Below are positions 1 through 8,578 of a stretch of DNA of 12,123 nt, piece after piece. The stretch is from contig NW_021826671.1 of assembly GCF_006345805.1 (NCBI RefSeq), positions 1-12,123 on the forward strand, given 5' to 3'. Source of the stretch: Octopus sinensis. Taxonomy: Eukaryota. The notes below the pieces were generated by a model. It ran no database searches, was not told the DNA's origin, and saw only the letters and a list, made by a program, of their open reading frames with translations. A program made the position numbers and the translations under genes. Each line of letters opens with the position of its first letter. The stretch's first letter is position 1.

Positions 1-273
1 CAATTGGCCCCGCTCTCTTTAACATTACACCAAAACACATTAAAACAGAAACTGAGCCTATAGGGTTCAAGAAGTCTTTGGACAGATTCCTTCAAGAAAT
101 CCCGGATAAACCCCCTACACCCGGATATGTCTCTGTAAACAATAACTCTCTACTTGAGTGGGCCATAGTGCCCAAATTCTGACTTGAAAGACTTCACCAG
201 GTGGTGCTATTAAGTTAGACATGGCCTGGGCCAATAATGGCCGAAACCTATCAAAGTATCAAAGTATCAAAGT
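1..273 (+). mobile_element. 3' end of a non-LTR retrotransposon (CR1/L2-group LINE, family A), continuing beyond the left edge of the window
   Basis: Frame 3 (3-182) reads IGPALFNITPKHIKTETEPIGFKKSLDRFLQEIPDKPPTPGYVSVNNNSLLEWAIVPKF*. This matches the ORF2 C-terminal pattern GPxLFN..FK..LD..L..PD.P..NSL, also seen in LINE B1 around 3465-3640. It is followed by a structured 3' UTR and a tandem tail. Confidence 0.85.
250..273 (+). repeat. LINE A 3' tail, (ATCAAAGT)3
   Basis: Three exact ATCAAAGT units directly after the 3' stem-loops. Confidence 0.9.
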
Positions 274-795
274 AAGTATATCTATATATATATGTATATA
301 TATATATATATCTATATATATATATGTATATATGTAATATATTATAGATATGTATTATGTATATATCTATATATATATGTATATATATTATATAGTATAT
401 ATAATATATATTCTATATATGTATATATATATATATCTATATATAATGTTATATATATATATTATCTATATATATATTGTATATATATATATATCATATA
501 TATATGTATATATATCTATATAGTATTATATATATATCTATATATATATGTATATATATTATATGTATATATAATATATCATATATATATGTATATATAT
601 ATATTATATGTATATATGTATATATATCTATATATGTATATATGTATATATATCTATATATATATGTATATATTTAGATATGGATATAATATATATATAA
701 TATACTATATATATATATATATATATATATATCATCTATATATATGTATACTATATATATATATCTATATATATAGTATATATATATATCTATAT
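274..795. repeat. Interrupted (TA)n microsatellite, ~520 bp
   Basis: Nearly pure TA dinucleotide with recurring TC and TG interruptions (TATCTA, TATGTA). Confidence 0.98.
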
Positions 796-3650
796 CATGC
801 AATCAAGCCTTATGCATAGCACTCACAGGAAACGCATCTGAAACCGGACATAGCAGATGCGGAATTACACATACACGTATATTGTACTACGGACCGACAG
901 GAAAGAAAGGAGTCATGGAGGAGTTGCTATGTACATCCGTGGGGACCTCACACCCAGGTCCTTTTGTCATACTCAAACTCGGTGTGTGACACACTAATTG
1001 TACACATAAGGCACTTGATGTAGTTGTGTGTGCTACATATCGCCCTCCAGATGCCCCAAGTCATATGGGCAAGTTTGAGGACTGCCTTTTAAAATAGAAG
1101 AAGTTCTAACCACATTAGAACAACACATAAGTGTACTTCTCATGGGAGACTTCAATCTACCGAATGTCAGATGGCCTGAGGGCCTTTCTCTCCCAGGAAT
1201 GACAAGATGTGAACGAGGACAGGCGAGGTCCCTCCTGAACCTCACCAACACCCTGTACATGGAGCAAGTAATACTCCAACCAACCAGAGCGGGTAACACA
1301 CTGGATCTCTGCTTCACAAATAATATGGATCTCATCCATAATGTGAAAGTGACACCGACACTACTCTCGGATCACAACATGGTAGAGCTGACCATGTACG
1401 GGCCAAAGGAGAGCACGGACATGCAGCCTACAAGAAACCCTCAGAATCTTTCCAGCTTGAACTTCAATAAGGCAAACTGGAAACAAATTGAGAAAGAGAT
1501 CCTCAACAACCAAAACTGGAATGATGTCTCTCCTCGCCGGACATCGACATGATACTTCAACAATTCATGTCTGTAATGCAAGCCATATGCTACAAATGTG
1601 TCCCAAGAGAAAGGCCACTGTACACAAGAACAAAATCCCCAGAGAGGAAAATTTTAATGAGACGGCGTACAAAATTTCAAATCGCCTAAACAAACAAATT
1701 GAAAGCAGTGAAAAGTCCCGCCTGAAAATAAAACTGTTGGAAATTGAAATTGTCTGCAACTCTCCCATGAGAAGGAAAGAGCACACAAAGAAGCCTGGGC
1801 TATAGACAACATAAAACTAACCCCAGAGCTTTCTACAGGTATGCCAAAGAAACAGCTACGGTGCACTGTAGGATAGGGCCACTCCTTGAAAAGGATGGCA
1901 CACTCACAGGAAAACAATGAGGGTAGTGAAATACTGAATGAACAATTCAAGAGTGTTTTCACTCCACCCCTTGGGCATTTCCAAATCAGCAATCCAACTG
2001 ACTTCTTTACCACTGCAGATATAGAATCAGAGGCGGCGACGATAAATTACATCGATATAAAGGAAGACGATGTAATAAAGGCTATAGATGAAATGAAAAT
2101 AGACTCAGCTATTGGCCCCGATAGATTCCCGCCAATCCTCCTAAAAGTATGTAAGAGAGTCTTAGCAAGACGACTGCAGTTCCTCTTTCAGAGCTTCCTT
2201 GCAGCTGGCAAACTTCCAAGAAAACTGAAGGAAGGTAAAATATGCCCTATTCATAAAGGAGGTAGCAGAGCGGAGGCCAAGAACTACAGACCTATCTCTC
2301 TGACCTCACACATCAGCAAGGTCATGGAACGAATAGTCAGAAGGAAACTAATCACCTTCTTGAAGAAAATGACTTGCTGCCTGACACCCACATGGTTTCC
2401 GACCAGGAAGAAGCTGCTTAACTCAGCTCCTGCAGCACTATGACTGGGTGCTGAAAAACAACTGCTCAACCACTCAAATGTGGAAGTCATATATCTCGAC
2501 TTCGCAAAGGCCTTCGATAAAGTCGATCATGGAATGATATGTCACAAACTGCGTGATCTTGGCATAGTTGGAAAACTAGGAGAATGGCTTCACGACTTTC
2601 TGAAGAATAGAAGTCAGGTGGTAGTAGCAATGGGCCTCTTCCATTAGCACGCAAATAGTGAGCGGTGTTGCACAGGGCACTGTTTTGGGACCACTACTGT
2701 TCATAATGGCCCTCTCAGACATGCCCTCAGCCACGCGGAGAGCCACGATCACAAGTTATGCAGATGATACAAAAGTTTCACAGGCAATACAGAACCCTGA
2801 AGACACTAGGCACCTGCAATATGAGCTGGACGAAATATACAAGTGGGCTGAAAAGAATAGCATGCAGTTCAATGCTGAAAAGTTTCAAGCTTTATACTAT
2901 CAGCATGCAAAACTGAATGCAATACCCAATGAAACACTGGACCCGGAGGGATTGCAATCCCAGAGGCACAATCAGTGCGTGACCTGGGTATTCACATGAG
3001 TGATGACGCGACCTTTCATGTACATGTTGCTAAACTGACAATGAAATGCAGACGGCGCTGGATGGATTCTTAGAACCTTTAGAACAAGAGAACAAGAAAC
3101 CATGATGGTCCTCTGGAAGACACTTGTCCTAAGCCACTTTGACTATTGCTCTCAGCTATGGTCACCATCCAGTGTCAAGTTGATCACAGAACTTGAGGCG
3201 ATCCAACGAAGCTACACGAAGAAGATAGCCTCTATGCAGAATGTAAGCTACTGGGAAAGACTCAAGAGATTAAAATTATATTCCCTGGAGCGTAGGCGGA
3301 AAGATATGCCATAATATACATCTGGAAGATCCTGGAGGGAAGTGTCCTGAACTTTGGCATCGAGAGTTACACAAATGCCAGAACTGGGCGCCACTGCGTG
3401 GTGCCTAGGACTCCAAACTTGCCATCAAGATGTAGGACAAGATTCTGTGATAGCCTGGGCTTCCGAGGCCCACAGCTCTTCAATATCCTCCCGACGATGA
3501 ACATGAGAGACCTGCATGGGGTGGATACAGATGTTCTTTAAAATGGAAGCTGGATCTCTTCCTGTCAGGTCCCAGATGAACCAACTTCACGGCAGGAGGG
3601 GCAGATGAGGGCAGCTGCATCGAACTCTCTCATGCATCAAATAGCAGTTG
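796..3650 (+). pseudogene. LINE ORF2 (APE endonuclease + reverse transcriptase), frameshifted; end coordinate approximate
   Basis: APE motifs: ALTETHL, GGVAMY, YRPP, GDFN (1144), TRAGNTLDL, SDH. RT motifs: GPD, PIHKGG, YRPISLTS, YLDFAKAFDKVDH, GVAQGTVLGPLLF, YADD (2757-2768). C-terminal region: HFDYCSQLWSP, SYWERLK..LYSLERRR. The motifs are spread over several frames. Confidence 0.93.
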
Positions 3651-3735
3651 CTAGAAAGCCTCCATGAAGTGAAACCAAGTAGCAACACCAAATGGCGGTG
3701 CCCCAGCATGGCCACAGCTCATAAGCTGAAACTAG

Positions 3736-3767
<32 letters not shown>
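3736..3767 (+). repeat. LINE B1 3' tail, (AATC)8
   Basis: Eight exact AATC units following the 3' hairpins and GAAAC. Confidence 0.92.
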
Positions 3768-3769
<2 letters not shown>

Positions 3770-3880
3770 ATCTATATATATAACGGGAAGCTTTATGAAA
3801 ATAGACAAAAGACGAAGGCAGGTGGAAAACAAACGAACAATTGTATTAGTATGGCGCTCAGGAATTATAAATAAAACAAG

Positions 3881-3918
3881 TCTTTAACGTTTCGAGCCTA
3901 CGCTCTTCAACAGAAAGA
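3881..3918 (-). ncRNA. Minimal type I hammerhead-like ribozyme motif with a variant core
   Basis: Minus strand reads TCTTT-CTGTTGA-A-GAGC GTAG GCTC-GAA-ACGT-T-AAAGA: a 5-bp stem I, a perfect 4-bp stem II and a palindromic ACGT stem III, as in PLE minimal hammerheads. The core is CUGUUGA rather than CUGANGA. Confidence 0.7.
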
Positions 3919-4100
3919 TACACAGAGAGAAAAAAAACACAGAAAGAAGGAGAGAAAAAAATGCGTGCAGTAGCTAACGAATCAACATGGCGATCTGATT
4001 TCGGCCAGAGGTCAAAGATCAAACATGAGACGCGAGAGCGAAAAAAGGGAGATAATAGGGTTGATAATGGGGTTATAATAGGGTTGAGAGGACCAGCTAA

Positions 4101-4438
4101 TAGTGCGTAGGAGGGGTCTGGACGTGTGTATGTATAGGGTTGGTGTATGTATTAGTATGTATAAGGGGGTGTGTGTGTGTGTGTGTGTATGAGAGAGTAT
4201 TAGTGCGTAGGATTGGTCTGGACGTGCGTATGTATGGGGTTGGTGTATGTATTAGTATGTATTAGTATGTATTAGTACGTATTAGTATGATAAGTGTGTG
4301 TGTGTGTGTATGAGAGAGTATATAAGTGCGTATGAGGGGTCTGGACGTGTGTATGTATAGGGTTGGTGTAAGTATTAGTATGTACTAGTATGTATTAGTA
4401 CGTATTAGTATGTATTAGTTGGTGTGTGTATTAGTATG
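4101..4438. repeat. Three-unit minisatellite (~100-125 bp units) with nested (TATTAGTATG)n and (GT)n
   Basis: Units begin (T/A)AGTGCGTA..GGTCTGGACGTG at 4101, 4201 and ~4324. Confidence 0.9.
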
Positions 4439-4477
4439 GCACATCATATATGATGTGATGTGTAAAGTCGTGGTGTG

Positions 4478-4765
4478 AGTGAGGAGAAGAGGGGGAGGAG
4501 AGGGGAAGGGAGAGGAAGGGGAAAGAGAAGAAGGGGAGAGGGGGAGGAAGAGGAAATAGGAGAGGGGGAGAGAGAAGGGGAGTGAGGGAGTGAGGGAGTG
4601 AGGGAGCAGAGGGAAGGGAAGAGGGAAGGAGGGAGGGAGAAAGAGGAAGAACGGGGGGAAGGGGAGTGGAGTAGGGGGTGAAAGGATGAGGACTGAAGAA
4701 GTAGGGGTCGGGGGGAAAGGATAGGTGGGAGGGGGGAGAGGGGGTTAGATGAGGAGGGGGGGAGA
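4478..4765. repeat. Polypurine (G/A) low-complexity tract in the PLE 3' region
   Basis: Almost entirely G/A on the plus strand. Counterpart at ~8953-9280. Confidence 0.9.
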
Positions 4766-7641
4766 GTTGAGACCAAATGGCGTATAGAGCGAAGAGAGAA
4801 GATTAATTTCTGTTCACGGCGCAAACGGGAATCCGGATGGCCTCTGTGTAAGGACAAACCGAACACAGATAGGTGTTGCAAGGAGTGACCGGTGGAGCGG
4901 AAATGCGTGAGACCGGTGTGTCGTTCGCAAGGTGGATGTCACGAAGGTGTTCCGCGAACCGGTCAGCCAAGCGGCGTCCCGTTTGTCCGATGTACAAGGA
5001 ATTGCAGAGAGAGCAGAGATGCAATAGATAATATTGCTGGAGGTGCAGGTGAAGGAGTGGATGATGGGATAGGGTCGATGGTGGGTGCTAGTGAGGCGGG
5101 TGGGTTGGAGAGGTAAGGGCAAGTGCGGCAACGTGGGCGGGAGCAGGGGAACGAGCCGGGTTGGGAGGTAGGGTCAGGGAAGGAGCTATGGACCAAAAGG
5201 TCTCGAAGGTTGTGGGCTCGTTTGAAAGAGGGGAGGGGTCGGTCGGTTAGGGAAGAGGTGTGAAGTGGACGGGTCGGACTGGAGATGACGGAAAGCTCGA
5301 AGAATGGTGCGTTGGAGACGTAGGGTCGTGGGGTGGTAAGTGAGGGGAAAAGGAGGCGGGAGACTACAGGGCGGGTTCGGGGAGAGAGAGCAGATACACG
5401 GTCCACGGACCGTGCTCTGGCAAGGGCGTGTGGATAGTGGTGAGGGGGTATCCACGTAGGGTGAAGTGGTGAGCCATACGTTGAGACTGAGTCTCAAAGT
5501 CATGGTCGTCACTACAGAGCCTACGTAGACGGAGGAATTGGGAATAGGGGATGGAAAGCTTGGTGTGTTCTGGGTGGGAGGAAGAGAAGTTGAGGTATGA
5601 GTGTGAGTCTGTGTGTTTGTAGTGAATGGAGGTGGTAAGAGTGGAGTGTGAAGAATGCTAACCGAAATGTCGAGGAAGGAGACAGAGGTGTTGGAGATAG
5701 TGGAAGTGAAGTGGAGGGCTGGATGGAAAGATTGGACGAAAGAGAGGAAGGAATCTAGATGTTCGCGGGAGAGTGAGGTGGCACCGATAATGTCGTCAAT
5801 GTAACGACCATATAGTTCAGGAGTGGGACCAGTGAAATTAGAGAATATTTGGGCCTCAAATAGCCAACGAACAGGTTCGCATAGTTGGGGCCCATTCGCG
5901 TTCCCATGGCCACTCCCGAGACCTGATGGTAGAACTCGCCCGCGAACGAGAAGCAGTTCAGAGTAAGGACAAGTTCGGCCAGACGAATGAGTGTGGAGGT
6001 GTCAGGTACAGGGTTAGAGCGGAGGTCAAGAAAGTGTCGAAGGGCCTGCAGTCCTTCGTGGTGAGGGATAACAGTATAGAGGCTTTGGATGTCCATAGTA
6101 AAAAGGATTTTGGAGGAGCCGGGAGGAAAGGAGAAAGAGTTGAAAAGCCGGAGAGCATGGTTGGTATCGTGGATGTGGGAGGGAAGAGATGCCACTAGGG
6201 GGCAAGGACACGGTCGAGGTATTTAGAGATGAGCTCCGTGGGGCAGTTACAGGCGGAGACGATGGGGCGGCCAGGGTTGTTGGGTTTGTGGATTTTGGGG
6301 AGGAAGTAAATGGTGGGGGTACGTGGGGTTCGCACAATTAGGTTGGATGCGGTGCGGGGGAGACGGGAGGACGAGATGAGGTCTTGGACAGTAGAGGATA
6401 CCGTCTGTTGGTAGCTACGTGTGGGGTTAGAGGGCAGAGGGGAATAGAAGGAGGTGTCATTGAGTTGGCGGAAAGCCTCGGCCCTATAGAGGTCCGCGCG
6501 CCACACCACTACAGCTCCACCCTTGTCAGCCGGTTTGATGATAATGTCAGCGCGCCGTTGGAGGGAACGAAGAGCCAAGAGCTCAGCCGGGGAGATGTTG
6601 AGGCGGCGTTGGCGCCTGGAGAAGTTGAACCGCTCCAATGCACGCTGACAAGCGCCCGCGAAAAGATCCACTGCTAGGATCTGGCCAGGGGCAGGCGTCC
6701 ACGGGGATGGTCGGCGGCCCAGGCCAGTGAAGCAGTCCTCTTCGTTGGGTGTGGGTGGCGAGTCGTGGTAATGCGCACCCAACAGGACACGGCGCACAAA
6801 GCTGTGGACATCAACTCGCGTCTGGAATTCCTTACAGGATGGAGTGAGGGGGATGAAACGCAGACCCCTACCAAGGACGGAGAGAGGGGAAGATCGGGGG
6901 GAATGGTGACAACAGACGGAAGTGGAGAAGGGGTGGGTGGTGGAATAGAAGTAGGAGGGGTGGTAGGTCTCGTGGAGGTCTGAGGGGGAGGGATTGGGGA
7001 GGTGTGTGTGGGGGTGGGTTGGGCGGGGCAGTAGGGTTAGGTGTAGGTGGATGGAGCCTAACGGGAGGGGAGAAGGGGTTGTAGGGAGGGAAAGTGGGGT
7101 TAGGTGTGGGTGGATGGAGCCTATCGGGAGGGGAGAGGGTGGTGGGGAGGAGTTGGGGTAGTGGCGTCGGGTAGGGTGGAATGGAAGAGTGATTGGAGTT
7201 TACGAAGTTTGGTATCAGAAAGAAATTGATGGAAGAGTTGATTCAAATGGATAATGAAGCGTAGCGTGTTTGGAGCATAGAGAGGCGGCAGAGAGGAGAA
7301 GAAGGTGGAGAAAGCAGGAGGAAGAAGGCGGTTGATGGCATGTAGTTTGGAGAGATTGGAGCGAATGGTGGCCCGCATAAGGCGGTAAGATGTGGTGCGG
7401 AGTATGGGTAAGATGGAAGAATCCGAGTGGAGAGCAGGGTGGAAGTGGAGGCGGAAACCTTTAGGGATGAGTCGGTGATGTAGGCAGCGGCTTAGGAAAG
7501 AGACATGGCTAGAGAAGCGGGTTTTTTAAAAAAAGTAAGAGAGAGATTAACGGACGGCTGAAGGCAATATACAGGAAGCGAACGCAGATGATCCTTCAAA
7601 CGGTGATGGAGGGTGAGGAGGTAGGACCTAGGATCCGGCAT
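4766..7641 (-). pseudogene. PLE polyprotein: N-terminal region, Pro-rich linker, RT, Cys motif, GIY-YIG endonuclease; frameshifted, start inferred and stop not fixed
   Basis: N-terminal: SHVSFLSRCLHHRLIPKGF (~7450-7510). Then SVLGRGLRFIP, KPADKGGAVVV, LPKIHK, GRPIVS, MDIQSLYT, GVAMGTRMGP, YIDD (5792-5803), YSQFLRLRRLCS, RGYP, CSRPRCRTC (5119-5145), NIIYCI..LYIGQTGRRLADRFAEH and REQKLIFSL. Candidate ATG at 7641. Confidence 0.92.
7034..7136 (-). repeat. Two ~40-bp copies with a 63-bp period inside the Pro-rich linker
   Basis: GGGTTAGGTGT(A/G)GGTGGATGGAGCCTA(A/T)CGGGAGGGGAGA at 7034-7073 and 7097-7136. Confidence 0.85.
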
Positions 7642-7645
7642 GATG

Positions 7646-7790
7646 GGATAGCGGAAAAAAACGTTCGAAAAGACAAAAAAAAAAACAAAAAAACAAATTA
7701 TCGTATGAAAAAAATAGAAAAAAAGGATAGCGAAAAAGGGGAAAAAACAAACGTTCAAAAAAACAAAAAAATAATAATCGTATGAAAAAA
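7646..7790. repeat. Degenerate ~79-bp tandem duplication in the A-rich PLE 5' UTR
   Basis: GGATAGCG..AAACGTTC..ATCGTATGAAAAAA occurs at 7646-7714 and 7725-7790. Confidence 0.75.
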
Positions 7791-8358
7791 CAGGTAAGTA
7801 AGCGATAGGGGCAGAAAAGACGGGGCAAACGGAAAAGGGAAAGAAGAAGGGAAGGAAGAGAGAGAGGGGAGAGCAAAAAAAGGGGGTGCAGGCAGAGGAA
7901 ACGGAGTATGGACATCCAGAGAGGGAAGAAAGACGGAAAGGAGAACAAAAATGCAGGAAAATGTGGAAAGCATGAAACGAATGTAAAAAAGTGGTAATAT
8001 AAGAGAAAATAAAAAATACAACAAACGGGACAGTTTATGCGAACAAGTTCAAGGTTGAAAGTTCAGGTGAGAAATGTGTAGACGTCGTGGTATATTTTTT
8101 AAGGATTTCACATCAATGAAAAGTCACTTTGATTCGCGAAAGAGAGGTGCAGCCAATGGTAAGTATCCAAGAGGTAAGAAAATCCAAGGTAGAGGTAAGT
8201 GTTGATAGTGGTATTGGTAGAATATAGGATGAAAGTGAGACCACGTGAGCGCATAATATATAACGGGAAGCTTTATGAAAATAGACAAAAGACGAAGGCA
8301 GGTGGAAAACAAACGAGAATTATATTAGTATGGCGCTCAGGAATATAAATAAAACAAG

Positions 8359-8394
8359 TTTAACGTTTCGAGCCTACGCTCTTCAACAGAAAGA
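8359..8394 (-). ncRNA. Second copy of the hammerhead-like motif
   Basis: Same CTGTTGA-A-GAGCGTAGGCTC-GAAACGTT core. The 3' strand of stem I lacks 2 nt (AAAC vs AAAGAC), leaving 3 bp. Confidence 0.6.
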
Positions 8395-8578
8395 TACACA
8401 GAGAGAAAAAAAAACACAGAAAGAAGGAGAGAAAAAAATGCGTGCAGTAGCTAACGAATCAACATGGCGATCTGATTTCGGCCAGAGGTCAAAGATCAAA
8501 ATGAGACGCGAGAGCGAAATACGGGGAAGATAATAGGGTTGATAATGGGTTTGATAATAGGGTTGAAGGACCAGCTAA

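Larger units (their letters stand above)
796..3767 (+). mobile_element. 5'-truncated CR1/L2-group LINE, copy B1
   Basis: Starts abruptly inside the endonuclease domain (copy B2 extends further 5'). Carries APE and RT motifs, a 3' hairpin motif and an (AATC)8 tail. ATATCTATAT lies flush at both ends (786-795, 3768-3777). Confidence 0.95.
3776..4820 (-). repeat. PLE direct repeat (pseudo-LTR), 3' copy
   Basis: Near-identical to 8256-9335, from ATATATAACGGGAAGC to TGTTCACGGC. Includes the last codons of the endonuclease and the 3' UTR. Confidence 0.95.

Noticed and set aside
229-250. Hammerhead ribozyme at the LINE A 3' end (stem followed by GAAAC)
   Set aside because: There is no CUGANGA core upstream of the stem and no closing stem. 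It is better explained as the LINE 3' recognition motif.
292-819. 175-aa and 66-aa Y/I-rich ORFs
   Set aside because: They are translations of the (TA)n microsatellite and not credible proteins.
4101-4438. Repeat array as a CRISPR or telomeric array
   Set aside because: There are no unique spacers and no cas genes, the context is a eukaryotic retroelement, and the units are not tandem TTAGG/TTAGGG.
4444-4881. Pro/Ser-rich and Glu/Gly/Arg-rich ORFs here and at 8880-9290, plus Phe- or Lys-rich ORFs at 7492-8024
   Set aside because: They are by-products of polypurine and A-rich low-complexity tracts. Only the stretch overlapping the GIY-YIG C-terminus is meaningful.
5926-6677. Plus-strand ORFs overlapping the PLE RT (5926-6198, 6384-6677), and antisense ORFs within the LINEs
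   Set aside because: They are short antisense shadows with no recognisable motifs.
4766-7641. Bacterial RT system (retron, group II intron, DGR) or a Naiad-type selenoprotein PLE
   Set aside because: The motifs (KPADKG, LPKIHK, YIDD, C-terminal GIY-YIG) are those of canonical PLEs. The endonuclease is not N-terminal, and I saw no conserved in-frame UGA or SECIS.
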